From assembly GCA_902607475.1 (NCBI GenBank), contig CACLKH010000004.1, positions 1-61,854 of the forward strand: a stretch of DNA of 61,854 nt. Reading direction: 5' to 3'. Of this stretch, positions 20,935 through 31,321 are shown piece by piece. The stretch is from an uncultured Alphaproteobacteria bacterium (GTDB taxonomy: Bacteria; Pseudomonadota; Alphaproteobacteria; GCA-002720895). The notes under the pieces were generated by a model. The model ran no database searches. It had not been told where the DNA came from and saw only the letters and a list, made by a program, of their open reading frames with translations. The stretch's first letter is position 1. Each line of letters opens with the position of its first letter. The translations under genes and the position numbers were made by a program.

Positions 20935-21443
20935 AATATACTGGCTTAATAATTATTACAGCTTTTATTTTTATTTGTCTTTTTTTTGGATTAAATAAAG
21001 AAGATCAGACTTTAAAGTCAGTTTTTTTAAATAAACCAATTCCTGAAATTAATTTAAATAGTTTAAAAAACAATAAATTAGATCAGAGTGATTTTAAAAA
21101 TGAAATACTTCTTGTAAATTTTTTTGCAAGTTGGTGTTTGCCATGCATTGTTGAACATGATTTTTTATTTGAATTAAAAAAACAAAAACCAATCAAAATT
21201 TATGGCATTAATTATAAAGATAACATCAAAAATTTAGAAATATGGTTAGAAAAATTAGGTAATCCTTATTCTAAAATTGGGATCGATAAAACAGGAATTA
21301 CTGGCATCAATTGGGGAGTAAATGGAATACCTGAAAGCTTTTTAATAGATCAAAATGGAATTATAAAGCATAAAATAAACGGTGTAATAAATGAAAAACA
21401 AATAAAAATTCTTTTAAAAAAAATAGAGTCCCTTGAAAAATGA
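20931..21443 (+). CDS. ccmG: thiol:disulfide interchange protein CcmG/DsbE
   Basis: 170 aa. Thioredoxin fold with WCLPC active site, N-terminal anchor, GVNGIPESFLID. Confidence 0.9.
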   Translation: MKYTGLIIITAFIFICLFFGLNKEDQTLKSVFLNKPIPEINLNSLKNNKLDQSDFKNEILLVNFFASWCLPCIVEHDFLFELKKQKPIKIYGINYKDNIKNLEIWLEKLGNPYSKIGIDKTGITGINWGVNGIPESFLIDQNGIIKHKINGVINEKQIKILLKKIESLEK

Positions 21444-21799
21444 AAAAACTTTTTATTTTAATTGTTCTAACTTTATTTTCTCAAAATGTATTTGCTGATG
21501 AAAATTTAGATAAAAAAGCAAGAGAAATTAACAAAAAAATTCGATGTGTTGTTTGCCAAAGCCAAAGCATTGATGACTCTGATTCAATATTAGCAAGAGA
21601 TTTAAGAGTGTTAATTAAAGAAAAATTAAATGAAGGTAAAAATGAAAAAGAAATAACGGATTATTTGGTAGAAAGATATGGCGAATTTATTTTACTTAAA
21701 CCTCGTTTTAATTCCAAAACTTATTTTCTTTGGTTGGCTCCTTTAATAATATTGTTATTTGGACTCTTTTTGATAAAAGGTATTTTTAAAAAAAATTAA
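21440..21799 (+). CDS. ccmH: cytochrome c-type biogenesis protein CcmH
   Basis: 119 aa. IRCVVCQSQSIDDSDS (LRCxxCQ motif) and a C-terminal TM helix. Confidence 0.88.
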   Translation: MKKLFILIVLTLFSQNVFADENLDKKAREINKKIRCVVCQSQSIDDSDSILARDLRVLIKEKLNEGKNEKEITDYLVERYGEFILLKPRFNSKTYFLWLAPLIILLFGLFLIKGIFKKN

Positions 21800-21800
21800 T

Positions 21801-22628
21801 TTATAAAGGAAAAGGCATAATTTCTGATAAAAGATAATTGATTTTTCTAGTTTTTTCTCCAAAAAAAAAATTTTTTTTAGATATTTTTATAACTGGCCAA
21901 ATTCCAAAAATTGAATTGCACACAAATACTTCTTCAAATTTTAAAAGTTCTTTTAATGTTATTTCTTTTATTACGTATTTTTCTTTATTTTTTTTTAATA
22001 ATTTTAAAATTACTCCGCGCATTATGCCCTCAACACCTCCAAATTTAATATTAGGAGTATAAAAAATATTTTTTTTTACTCCAAAAATATTACTCATTGT
22101 TCCTTCAATTACATTACCATTCAAATCCAGCATGATAGATTCGGAAATAGATTTATTTTGCCATTCTGATCTGGCAATAATTTGCTCTAACCTATTAAGA
22201 TGTTTAATTTGAGATAAAAAAGGCTGGGTAGAAATTCTTGTTTTACAAACATCCATCCTTATTCCTTTTGTAAAATTTGTCTCAGGATAATTTGGCCAAT
22301 CATAAATTCCTAAAATTCTGGTTGGCTTTGAATTTCTTGGTGGATTATATCCTCTTCCACCTATACCTCTTGAAATAATTATTTTTAAAACAATTTTTTT
22401 TTTTTTTGTTTTTTTTATAAACTTGTTAATTTCTTTTCTTAAAAATAATTCTGATGGACATTTAATTTTTAAAATTTTACAACCTTTATTTAATCTTTGA
22501 TAATGTTCTTTCCAAAATGCTAGAGATCTGTCCTTTGCTGCTATAGTTTCAAACACGCCATCACCATACTGAACTGCTCTGTCTTCAATACTTATTTTAT
22601 TTGTTAGTTTTCCATTTATTTGAAACAT
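21801..22628 (-). CDS. pabC: aminodeoxychorismate lyase (class IV aminotransferase fold)
   Basis: 275 aa. Class IV PLP fold (YGDGVFET, EGTMSNIF), immediately downstream of pabB. Confidence 0.75.
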   Translation of the reverse strand: MFQINGKLTNKISIEDRAVQYGDGVFETIAAKDRSLAFWKEHYQRLNKGCKILKIKCPSELFLRKEINKFIKKTKKKKIVLKIIISRGIGGRGYNPPRNSKPTRILGIYDWPNYPETNFTKGIRMDVCKTRISTQPFLSQIKHLNRLEQIIARSEWQNKSISESIMLDLNGNVIEGTMSNIFGVKKNIFYTPNIKFGGVEGIMRGVILKLLKKNKEKYVIKEITLKELLKFEEVFVCNSIFGIWPVIKISKKNFFFGEKTRKINYLLSEIMPFPL

Positions 22629-22638
22629 TTAAATATAG

Positions 22639-24018
22639 TTATATCAAAGCATTTATCATGCCCTTTGCTTTTGCTCTTGCTTCTTCCAATTCTCTCTTTG
22701 GTATTGAGTCAGCAACAATTCCTCCTCCCGCTCTTATTGAAACATTGTTTTTATCTTTGACTATAGTTCTTATTAAAATATTTAAATCCATGCTACCATC
22801 GTTATTTATATAGCCTATAGATCCTGTATATGGGCCTCTACCAGTTTTTTCAATTTCACTTAATATTTCCATACATCTAACTTTAGGGCACCCGGTTATT
22901 GTCCCTCCAGGAAATACTGCTTTTATTATTTCCCCTGGAGTTATGTTTTCTCTAATTTTTCCTGTAACATTAGAAACTATATGATGAACGTGAGCATAAG
23001 ACTCTACGATCATTAGTTCATTTACTTTAACTGAACCTTTAATTGTTATTTTTGATAAATCATTTCTTTCTAAATCAACAAGCATGATATGTTCTGCTCT
23101 TTCTTTTTTATTATTCAAAAGATCTTGTGACAAAGCTACGTCGTATATTCCGCTTCCACCTCTGCTTCTAGTTCCTGCAATTGGTCTTGTTTCTATATGA
23201 TCATTTTTTACCCTTATTAGTCTTTCCGGGGACGAGCTAATAATTGCTTTATTTTTATAAATTACTAACCCTGAAAATGGTGATGGATTTGTTTCTTTTA
23301 ATTTGGAAAATATATCCCAAGCCGTATATTTGTTGTTTATTTTACCGTGCCATTCTCTTGATAAATTTACCTGAAATACATCTCCTTCTTTAATATATTT
23401 TAAAATTTTATTTATATTTTTTATATGGTCGTTTGGCAATTCTTCTATTAAAGAATTAACCAAAATTTTATTTTTTATCTTTTTTTCTTTTAATAAAAAT
23501 TTTTTTTTCTCCAATAAAATTTTTATATCCGTTTCAATTTTTTTTATTAAATTCTTATACTTTTCCTCACAAACTATAAAAGTTTCATTGTTAAAATTAT
23601 CTTTAATTATTGCTACTGGAATTCTACTAGCAAATGCAATTGGAAAATTATAACGATGCTTATGACTAACTATTTTATTTTCAATTTGTGATACTAATTC
23701 ATAGCCCAGATAAACAAACCATCCGCCTGTAAAAGGAAAATTATTATCATTTTTTTTTAATTTTTTTTTATCTTTTTTCCATTCTTTGTCTAATTTTTTT
23801 AAAAAATTCTTTTTTTTTATATCTTCAAAATTTAAAATTATTTGCTTTTGGGGAAATGAAAACAAAATATCGTAGCGACACAAAATATTTCCTTTCGCCG
23901 AACTTTGAAGCAAATAAGGATATCTTTCTGGATTTAAGCGAAGAATACTTAAAATATCTCCAAAGAAATTAATTTTTTTTACAACTATATTTTGATTTTG
24001 AAAATTACTGTATTTCAA
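22639..24018 (-). CDS. pabB: aminodeoxychorismate synthase component I
   Basis: 459 aa. Chorismate-binding motifs SSSPERL, PGGTITGCPKVRCMEI, GGGIVADS. Confidence 0.85.
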   Translation of the reverse strand: MKYSNFQNQNIVVKKINFFGDILSILRLNPERYPYLLQSSAKGNILCRYDILFSFPQKQIILNFEDIKKKNFLKKLDKEWKKDKKKLKKNDNNFPFTGGWFVYLGYELVSQIENKIVSHKHRYNFPIAFASRIPVAIIKDNFNNETFIVCEEKYKNLIKKIETDIKILLEKKKFLLKEKKIKNKILVNSLIEELPNDHIKNINKILKYIKEGDVFQVNLSREWHGKINNKYTAWDIFSKLKETNPSPFSGLVIYKNKAIISSSPERLIRVKNDHIETRPIAGTRSRGGSGIYDVALSQDLLNNKKERAEHIMLVDLERNDLSKITIKGSVKVNELMIVESYAHVHHIVSNVTGKIRENITPGEIIKAVFPGGTITGCPKVRCMEILSEIEKTGRGPYTGSIGYINNDGSMDLNILIRTIVKDKNNVSIRAGGGIVADSIPKRELEEARAKAKGMINALI

Positions 24019-24027
24019 TGATGAAAT

Positions 24028-24654
24028 TTAAAAACGATATCCGTATCTGATACCAAATTCATCCATTCCATGATTTTTATCGCTAAGCATACTTCCATGA
24101 GATACATGGCTAAACATTAGAGAAATTGTATCATTCCCATAAAAATTCCAACCAATTTCAACTGCCCCTCTATGCAACCATTTAGAACCAAATTGAATTT
24201 TTTTATCGGGATCACTAGCTGCACAAAATTTCTTGTAATTAGGACATTGATCTCCTCCTGGCACAGCTCCTGTTGGAAGTTTTTTTATACCATTTGTATA
24301 TGCGATTCCTGTAGTGCCCGACCAAAACCAATTTTTTGATATTTGACCTTGCCAAGTTATTCCACCATAGTAAAGGCTACTTCCTCCAGTTGAAGTTTGA
24401 GTGAGTCCTAAAATAGGCTTTGGTGACCAAATTTTCTTTAAAAAATTTGGTGAATTAAACATTAATTCAAAGTTATAATCAGGGCCAAATCCTTCTCTGT
24501 TTTTACCAAACCATCCTCTATCATGAGCTAAAACTCCCTGTTTTACTTCATATAAACCCATAAAATTTTTAGCAGTTTTATCATCAAATGCTTTTGATTG
24601 ATTGAAAAAACCAACCATTAAAAAAAGGATTAAATATATAAATAATTTTCTCAT
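24028..24654 (-). CDS. PagL-like lipid A 3-O-deacylase / acyloxyacyl hydrolase family outer-membrane protein (paralogue 3)
   Basis: 208 aa with a signal peptide. GVLAHDRGWFG and AVEIGWNFYGNDTISLMFSHVSHGS...FGIRYGYRF align with 5578-6153. Confidence 0.7.
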   Translation of the reverse strand: MRKLFIYLILFLMVGFFNQSKAFDDKTAKNFMGLYEVKQGVLAHDRGWFGKNREGFGPDYNFELMFNSPNFLKKIWSPKPILGLTQTSTGGSSLYYGGITWQGQISKNWFWSGTTGIAYTNGIKKLPTGAVPGGDQCPNYKKFCAASDPDKKIQFGSKWLHRGAVEIGWNFYGNDTISLMFSHVSHGSMLSDKNHGMDEFGIRYGYRF

Positions 24655-24813
24655 GTTTTTTTTTATAAGTTAAACTATTTTGATCAAAAATACAAAATAT
24701 AGCTTGTTGTATTTTTGCAACATAAATGAATTTTCTTTATATAATAACTTGTAGAACGACAATTATTTCATAAAATCTACTTAATACATTTTATTAACTG
24801 ATAAGGGATAAAA

Positions 24814-25716
24814 ATGAAAAAAATATTAAAATATTCAACAATCATTGGTGCGGCTGCGCTCATAAGTGCAAGTGCTGTAACAAGTGCTACGGCTGATACT
24901 GGTGGTTATGTGAGAGTGAAAGGATTTGATAGTCACTTTCATTCTTTAGGATTTAATCAACTTGGATGTAGAAAATCAGCTGCTGTAGGTGGAACCGAAG
25001 GTTCAGCATCTGGATCAGACTGTAAGTTTGCAAGTGAGCAAGCTGATCTACATGGTTCAAATGGTACAGATCAACACGACTCATTGATTAGAAGAAATGA
25101 ATTAAGATGGGCAAAAGACGATGGTGAAGGTCTTGTAGTTGGAGCTGATTTTGGTTTTTTCAGATTAGAAATGGAAGGAACATATCAGGACGGCAAAGCA
25201 ACCCAATGGAGAGGCTATACTGCAAATGGTGGTACTGTTTATCAAGCCAGACTTTTTGGTAATATTGTAGTTGAACCATTTGATCTTTTAGAACTATTAG
25301 GAGAATTTGGTGGTGTTGAACCTCTAGTTAAATACAATCCTGCACACTATGGAATTAGTCCATATGCTATGTACGGATATGGTGTTATGGGTGGATTATT
25401 AACTAATCTAAACTATACAAGAGGCGGAAATAATAATAGTAACACTAGTGATCCTGTAGAATCTGGAGCATTTGGTGGTGGAGCTATGGCAGCAGTTAAT
25501 GTTGGGGCTGGAGTTAATATTGGTCTTGACAAACTAGCTAAAGGTTTTGCTGGAGCTACAGGCGCTACTGTACCTGAATACTTCAAACTTCCAATTGAAT
25601 TTTCAATTGGATACCATTGGCAAGTCGGCATGGATGACCTACTTTTCGAAAGTATGGATGAAGATCTAGGTATCGATGACGGGGGATTAACTTACTCCAT
25701 TGGACTTAAATGGTAA
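24814..25716 (+). CDS. Gly-rich outer-membrane beta-barrel protein (porin-like), function unknown
   Basis: 300 aa. Signal peptide ...SATA/DT, alternating Gly/aromatic strands, C-terminal ...YSIGLKW. Visibly richer in G+C than its neighbours and followed by a strong terminator. Confidence 0.55.
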   Translation: MKKILKYSTIIGAAALISASAVTSATADTGGYVRVKGFDSHFHSLGFNQLGCRKSAAVGGTEGSASGSDCKFASEQADLHGSNGTDQHDSLIRRNELRWAKDDGEGLVVGADFGFFRLEMEGTYQDGKATQWRGYTANGGTVYQARLFGNIVVEPFDLLELLGEFGGVEPLVKYNPAHYGISPYAMYGYGVMGGLLTNLNYTRGGNNNSNTSDPVESGAFGGGAMAAVNVGAGVNIGLDKLAKGFAGATGATVPEYFKLPIEFSIGYHWQVGMDDLLFESMDEDLGIDDGGLTYSIGLKW

Positions 25717-25757
25717 TCTTTAACAGTTAAAAAAAAAATTTTTTTTCATTTTTAAAA

Positions 25758-25789
25758 GAGACCTCGTAAATACGGGGTCTTTTTTTTTA
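25758..25789 (+). terminator. rho-independent terminator
   Basis: AGACCTCG-taaata-CGGGGTCT hairpin (8 bp including one G-U) followed by a T9 run, about 40 nt after the stop at 25716. Confidence 0.8.
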
Positions 25790-25813
25790 TGTGATATAAT
25801 TTAATTAAATTCG

Positions 25814-26113
25814 ATGTTAGCTGCTTTAAATTTATTTAATAATATTGTCGACATTTTTATTTGGGCAATAATTTTATCAGCATTAATGAGCTGGCTCATA
25901 GGTTTTAATATTATAAATATTAATCATAAATTTATATATATTATAGCTGATTTCCTAAATCGCTTAACAGAGCCATTTTTAAGCCCTATTAGAAGAATCT
26001 TACCATACTTAGGTGGAATTGATTTATCCCCTGTTGTATTAATTTTATTACTTATTTTCCTAAAAGATTTAGTTAATAATAATTACTATGATTTTATTAA
26101 TAAATTAAGTTAG
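25814..26113 (+). CDS. yggT: YggT-family membrane protein
   Basis: 99 aa, 2-3 TM. L..P.L.PIRRILP..GGIDLSP motif typical of YggT. Confidence 0.8.
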   Translation: MLAALNLFNNIVDIFIWAIILSALMSWLIGFNIININHKFIYIIADFLNRLTEPFLSPIRRILPYLGGIDLSPVVLILLLIFLKDLVNNNYYDFINKLS

Positions 26114-26132
26114 AAAAAAAAAAAAAAAAATT

Positions 26133-27011
26133 ATGAGTAGATTAATTGATGGAAAAAAATTTGCCGATTCTCTTTGTAATAAAATTTCAAAGGAAGTATC
26201 AAAATTAAAAGAAAAAAATGTAATTCCAGGACTTGCAGTCATACGTGTTGGAGAAGATCCTGCAAGCACAGTCTACATAAATATGAAAGCAAAAAAAACT
26301 AAGGAGGTTGGGATGCACTCTGTTACAAAGATACTAGACGAAAAAACATCAGGAGACGATTTATTAAATGTAGTTGAAGAACTTAATATTGATGAATCAA
26401 TAAATGGAATACTAGTACAACTTCCTCTACCAAAACAAATTAATGAAGATTCTGTTATCAATGCTATCAATCCTGATAAGGATGTTGATGGTTTTCATGC
26501 TATAAATACGGGTAGATTATGGTCTAGCATTGACTCATTAGTTCCCTGCACTCCTTTAGGGTGTAAAATGCTTTTATTAAATGAATTAAAAGATCTTACA
26601 GGAAAAAAAGCAATTATTGTCGGCAGATCCAATATTGTAGGCAAACCTATGGCAGCTTTATTAATAGGAGAAAGTTGCACAGTTACTGTTGCACATTCAA
26701 AAACTAAAAACCTACAAGATGAGGTTAAAAAAAACGATATTGTAGTTGCAGCGGTTGGTGTTCCTGAAATGATAAAAGGTAGTTGGATTAAGCCTGGTGC
26801 TACAGTAATTGATGTTGGAATAAATAGAATAGAAAAAGATGGAAAAAAGAAATTAGTTGGTGATGTAGAATTTTCAGAAGCTGCAAAAGTTGCAGGAGCA
26901 ATTACTCCTGTTCCAGGTGGAGTTGGGCCGATGACTATCGCTTGCTTACTTCACAATACTTTAGTTGCTACTTGTAGAAAAAATAATTTAGAAATTCCAA
27001 AGTTTTTTTAA
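26133..27011 (+). CDS. folD: bifunctional methylenetetrahydrofolate dehydrogenase/cyclohydrolase
   Basis: 292 aa. Motifs [36 protein letters not shown]. Confidence 0.96.
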   Translation: MSRLIDGKKFADSLCNKISKEVSKLKEKNVIPGLAVIRVGEDPASTVYINMKAKKTKEVGMHSVTKILDEKTSGDDLLNVVEELNIDESINGILVQLPLPKQINEDSVINAINPDKDVDGFHAINTGRLWSSIDSLVPCTPLGCKMLLLNELKDLTGKKAIIVGRSNIVGKPMAALLIGESCTVTVAHSKTKNLQDEVKKNDIVVAAVGVPEMIKGSWIKPGATVIDVGINRIEKDGKKKLVGDVEFSEAAKVAGAITPVPGGVGPMTIACLLHNTLVATCRKNNLEIPKFF

Positions 27012-27014
27012 AAT

Positions 27015-28181
27015 TTATATCTCTTTTTTTATAAATTTTTCTGCATTTTTAGAATTAAACATTTTTGTACCTTCAAATGATGCGATGTCTTTTGAATAAA
27101 GACTTTTTTTTGAAGATCTTTCTAAAATTATAATATTCCCTTTATACAATTTTAATTTTATTTTTCCTTCAACTTTTTTCTGCGTTTTATCAATTAAACT
27201 TTGTAATTTTTTTCTTTCCTCAGAAAACCAGTATCCATTATAAATAAGTTCTGCGTATCTCGGCATTAACTCATCTTTCGCATGCTGTTCATTTTTATTT
27301 AAAGTTAAAGATTCAATTGCCCTGTGAGCAAATAACAAAATTGTGCCTCCAGGTGTTTCATAAATGCCTCTTGATTTAATACCAATAAATCTGTTTTCTA
27401 CTAAATCAATTCTTCCAATTGCATGTTTTTTACCTAATGTGTTTAATTTTTTTAATAAATCTTTTGGACTTTTTTTTTTATTATTAATAGCAACCAAGTT
27501 ACCTTTAATAAAAGTTAAAGAACATCTTTCAGCTTTATTTACAGCTTTTTCAGGAGAAAATGTTCTTTGATAAACATATTCAGGAACTGGTTTTTTTAAA
27601 TCTTCTAAAATTTTACCTTCAGTTGATGTATGGAATAAATTATCATCTACTGAAAAAGGTGCTTTACCTTTTTTATCCTTAGGAACTGGAATATTATTTT
27701 TTTTTGCATATTTAATTAAATCACTTCTTGATTTAAAATTCCATTCTCTCCATGGTGATATAACTTTTATTTTTCTATTAAAATAATAGTAACCAAGTTC
27801 AAATCTTATTTGATCATTTCCTTTACCAGTAGCACCGTGAGCCACTGCATCCGCATTATATTTTCTAGCAATTTCAATTTGTCTTTTTGCAATTAATGGC
27901 CTTGCAATAGCTGTTCCTAATAAATAATATCCCTCGTATAAAGCATTACCCCTAATCATTGGATAAATATAATCTTTAACAAAGATATCTTGTAAATCTT
28001 CTATTACGATTTTTTTTACTCCTAAAGCTTTTGCGTTTTTAATTATTTCTTTAGCATTGATTTCTTGACCAAGATTTGATGTATAAGCAATAACTTCTGC
28101 ATTATATGTTTTTTGTAACCATTTTAAGATTACTGAAGTATCAAGTCCTCCGGAGTATGCTAATACAATTTTTTTTATCAT
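27015..28181 (-). CDS. argG: argininosuccinate synthase
   Basis: 388 aa. [10 protein letters not shown]-loop, [36 protein letters not shown]. Confidence 0.96.
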   Translation of the reverse strand: MIKKIVLAYSGGLDTSVILKWLQKTYNAEVIAYTSNLGQEINAKEIIKNAKALGVKKIVIEDLQDIFVKDYIYPMIRGNALYEGYYLLGTAIARPLIAKRQIEIARKYNADAVAHGATGKGNDQIRFELGYYYFNRKIKVISPWREWNFKSRSDLIKYAKKNNIPVPKDKKGKAPFSVDDNLFHTSTEGKILEDLKKPVPEYVYQRTFSPEKAVNKAERCSLTFIKGNLVAINNKKKSPKDLLKKLNTLGKKHAIGRIDLVENRFIGIKSRGIYETPGGTILLFAHRAIESLTLNKNEQHAKDELMPRYAELIYNGYWFSEERKKLQSLIDKTQKKVEGKIKLKLYKGNIIILERSSKKSLYSKDIASFEGTKMFNSKNAEKFIKKEI

Positions 28182-28215
28182 TTAAGTAATTAAAAAAAAA
28201 GTAATTGAAAAATTT

Positions 28216-28764
28216 TTAGTTTTTCACATTACATAGATTTGATATATATGTATATGCTGCACTAAATCCAACTAAAGAATAAATATCAGTTGTTTTTGTA
28301 TCTCTTGAAGAAAACCCTATAACTTTCATCTTATTTCCTTTTTTCATTTCAACTATAATCTGTTTATCTACATTTTCATCATCGGTAAAGGCCGAGTCAT
28401 TTTCTATAACATTAAATTCATGCTTTTTATTTTGATCAATTCTAAGAGTTACAATAGCGTCTTTTTTGTAAGTATATCCTGTTGATATGTAAACAACACC
28501 TGTACTATCTTCAGATGGAATATGGTAGATTGTTGCAACAACTTCCCCTCTGCTCTTATATGGAGGCTCTCCTTTTTCGTCTATTGGAGTAGAAATCATT
28601 ATACATGATTTAGCTCCTTCCCCTTTATATTCTCCCGCACACCAATTTTGGAAGTTTTTTAAACCAGGACATTCCATCACAATTTGCGGTGTAGCACTTT
28701 TAACATTTTTAAAGAAAAATATAAAAAATATACAAAATATTAAAAAAAAAAAATTTTTTAACAT
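28216..28764 (-). CDS. hypothetical exported protein (size and layout reminiscent of IalB-like proteins; unconfirmed)
   Basis: 182 aa with a signal peptide and conserved-looking Cys pairs. No diagnostic motif. Confidence 0.45.
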   Translation of the reverse strand: MLKNFFFLIFCIFFIFFFKNVKSATPQIVMECPGLKNFQNWCAGEYKGEGAKSCIMISTPIDEKGEPPYKSRGEVVATIYHIPSEDSTGVVYISTGYTYKKDAIVTLRIDQNKKHEFNVIENDSAFTDDENVDKQIIVEMKKGNKMKVIGFSSRDTKTTDIYSLVGFSAAYTYISNLCNVKN

Positions 28765-28771
28765 TGTTTAT

Positions 28772-29401
28772 TTAGCTCCTTTTTACCATTGTTTTAAGTA
28801 ATTCATTTACATCATCTAACTGTTCTATTGGTGCAATTTTAAAACCCTCTGGCACTTCATAAAGTCTATAATCTTGTTCAAACACTTTAACATTACTAAA
28901 TTCAGAGTAAAATTTAATTTTTCCTTCCTTACCTTCAATAAAACCAACTTCTTTAAGCGTTATACCGTGCTTTGTAATCCATCTTGTACTTTCCTCTGTT
29001 GTACCATCAGGTAAACTAATTTTTAATTCATATAAATCTACAGCAAAACCATGTATATAATCTGATTTTATTTTATTAAGTTTTGTAATATTGGCAGCTT
29101 TTTTTAAATTTTCTTGGTCTTCTTTTTTAAGTGGAACTGATAAATAAGAAGAAGTTATTGGCCAAACCCATGTTGCTATTTGTTTTTCATAATCAATAAT
29201 TACAGATTGAGGTATATTCTTAATTACAGTATCTATTCTTTTTTTATTTTTACTCTGAAAGGTTCTCGTTTCTAAAGCGTTAACTCCTATAATAAATTTT
29301 GTATTACAAACGTATTCAGCACTTACTTCTGGTAATTTTAAAGTTTGTGCGTTTACTGAAAGAGAAAAGAAAATAACAAAAAAAATTTTTAAATATTTCA
29401 T
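28772..29401 (-). CDS. hypothetical exported protein
   Basis: 209 aa. Signal peptide (...SLSVNA/QT). No recognisable motif. Confidence 0.5.
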   Translation of the reverse strand: MKYLKIFFVIFFSLSVNAQTLKLPEVSAEYVCNTKFIIGVNALETRTFQSKNKKRIDTVIKNIPQSVIIDYEKQIATWVWPITSSYLSVPLKKEDQENLKKAANITKLNKIKSDYIHGFAVDLYELKISLPDGTTEESTRWITKHGITLKEVGFIEGKEGKIKFYSEFSNVKVFEQDYRLYEVPEGFKIAPIEQLDDVNELLKTMVKRS

Positions 29402-29427
29402 AATTTAAATTATAGTTAAAAAACAAG

Positions 29428-30471
29428 TTACGGAGATGGATTTGGATTTTGTTTGTGGACCTCTTCTATTTTTTTAATAACTTTTTCATCTAATTTTACA
29501 TTTATACTTTCAATATTTTCTTTTAATTGATCCATTGTAGTAGCGCCTATAATATTACTAGTAACAAATGACTTAGCATTAATATATGCTAATGACATTT
29601 GAGCAGGATTTAAATTATTTTCTTTTGCAATTTTTACATATTCCTCAGTACACTTAATTGCTATTGGATTTAAATATCTTGTGAATTCTTTAAATAAAGT
29701 TAATCTTGCTTTTTCTGGCCACTGGTTATTTAAATATTTTCCACTAAGTGCTCCAAAACCAAGAGGGGAATAAGCTAATAATCCACATTTTTCACGAATC
29801 GATATTTCTGCCAAACCAATTTCATAGCTTCTATTTAAAAGATTATACGGATTTTGAATGCTAACTATTTTTGCTAATTTTTTTTTTTCAGCAATTTTAA
29901 TTAATTGCATCGCACCCCAAGGAGTCTCATTAGAAATGCCTATATATCTAATCAAACCTTTTTTAACAATATCATTTAAAACTTCAAGAGTTTCTTCCAA
30001 AGGGATGGGGTCATCATTTTCATCATGCTCGTATCCTAATTGACCAAAAAAATTTGTCTTTCTATCAGGCCAATGTAATTGGTAAAGATCAAGATAATCC
30101 GTTTTTAATCTTTTAAGGCTATTTTCTAGTGCTTTAGTAATATTTTTTTTATCTAGTCTACTTTCTTCTCCTCGCATCCATTTCATCCCACTCCTACCTG
30201 CTACTTTAGATGCTAGTATAATTTTATTTCTATTTTTTTTTTGCTCAAACCATTCGCCTATATATGATTCTGTTAGACCGTAAGTTTCCTCCTTTGGTGG
30301 AACAGCATATAATTCTGCAGTATCAATAAAATTAACACCATTTTCAACAGCATAATTCATTTGTTCAAAAGCTTCTTCTTTAGTATTTTGTTCACCCCAC
30401 GTCATTGTGCCGAGACAAATTAAACTAACATCAATGCTCGTATTTCCTAATTTTTTAAATTGCATCGTCAT
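29428..30471 (-). CDS. NADP(H)-dependent aldo/keto reductase (Tas-like)
   Basis: 347 aa. LGTMTWGEQN, NFIDTAELY and IGISNETPWG resemble E. coli Tas-type AKRs. Confidence 0.88.
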   Translation of the reverse strand: MTMQFKKLGNTSIDVSLICLGTMTWGEQNTKEEAFEQMNYAVENGVNFIDTAELYAVPPKEETYGLTESYIGEWFEQKKNRNKIILASKVAGRSGMKWMRGEESRLDKKNITKALENSLKRLKTDYLDLYQLHWPDRKTNFFGQLGYEHDENDDPIPLEETLEVLNDIVKKGLIRYIGISNETPWGAMQLIKIAEKKKLAKIVSIQNPYNLLNRSYEIGLAEISIREKCGLLAYSPLGFGALSGKYLNNQWPEKARLTLFKEFTRYLNPIAIKCTEEYVKIAKENNLNPAQMSLAYINAKSFVTSNIIGATTMDQLKENIESINVKLDEKVIKKIEEVHKQNPNPSP

Positions 30472-30567
30472 AAATTTTTGATTAAATTGTAATTAAATTT
30501 ACATTAATAATGTTACAGTATTATTAATAAATAAATTTGACTTTCAAACGTTTTTTAGGAATTTATT

Positions 30568-31272
30568 ATGATTGACAGAAACTTTACAACAGCGACTAAA
30601 TCTCAAGCCCAAGTAGATGTAGGTCTAAGAGAGTATATGCTTAAAGTTTATAACTACATGGCAACAGGGCTTGGCTTAACGGGTTTGACTGCCTATTTTG
30701 TAGCAATTACACCAAGTTTATTTAATGCAATTTATGGCACGCCTTTATATTGGGTAGTTGCTTTATCTCCTCTTGGCTTTGTTTTTTATTTAAGTGCAAG
30801 ATTACATAAAATTAGTTTTTCAAAAGCACAGACTATGTTTTGGCTATTTTCCGGTGTGATGGGACTTTCCATGGCATACATATTTATTGCTTTTACAGGA
30901 GCAAGTATTGCACGGGTATTTTTTATTACCGCTGGAACTTTTTCCGCTATGAGTCTTTATGGTTATACAACTAAAAAAGATCTCACAGGATGGGGTTCTT
31001 TTTTATTCATGGGATTAATTGGAATTATTATCGCATCTATTGTTAATATTTTTCTTAAAAGTCCAATGCTTTATTATGTAATATCATGTATAGGTGTTTT
31101 AGTTTTTGTAGGATTAACTGCATATGATACTCAAAGAATCAAAGAAATGTATTATGCAACTGATACTGCAGAAATAAGCGGAAAAAAAGCAATCATGGGA
31201 GCATTAAAACTTTATTTAGATTTCATAAATCTATTTATCATGCTTCTCCATTTATTTGGTCAAAGAAGATAA
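30568..31272 (+). CDS. Bax inhibitor-1/YccA family membrane protein
   Basis: 234 aa, 7 TM. N-terminal ...LREYMLKVYNYMA and C-terminal YLDFINLFIMLL are typical of the BI-1 family. Confidence 0.88.
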   Translation: MIDRNFTTATKSQAQVDVGLREYMLKVYNYMATGLGLTGLTAYFVAITPSLFNAIYGTPLYWVVALSPLGFVFYLSARLHKISFSKAQTMFWLFSGVMGLSMAYIFIAFTGASIARVFFITAGTFSAMSLYGYTTKKDLTGWGSFLFMGLIGIIIASIVNIFLKSPMLYYVISCIGVLVFVGLTAYDTQRIKEMYYATDTAEISGKKAIMGALKLYLDFINLFIMLLHLFGQRR

Positions 31273-31279
31273 TTTTTTT

Positions 31280-31310
31280 AAAAAGCCCATTCTTTTTTGG
31301 GCTTTTTTTT
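31280..31310 (+). terminator. rho-independent (potentially bidirectional) terminator
   Basis: Perfect 10-bp stem AAAAAGCCCA / TGGGCTTTTT with a 7-nt loop, followed by a T-run, directly after the stop at 31272. Confidence 0.85.
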
Positions 31311-31321
31311 TCCAAAACAAT

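Noticed and set aside
31256-31321. Upstream start (31256) for the ORF ending at 31753
   Set aside because: The extension overlaps the preceding gene and reads through a perfect 10-bp terminator hairpin. The internal ATG at 31322 lies just after that hairpin.
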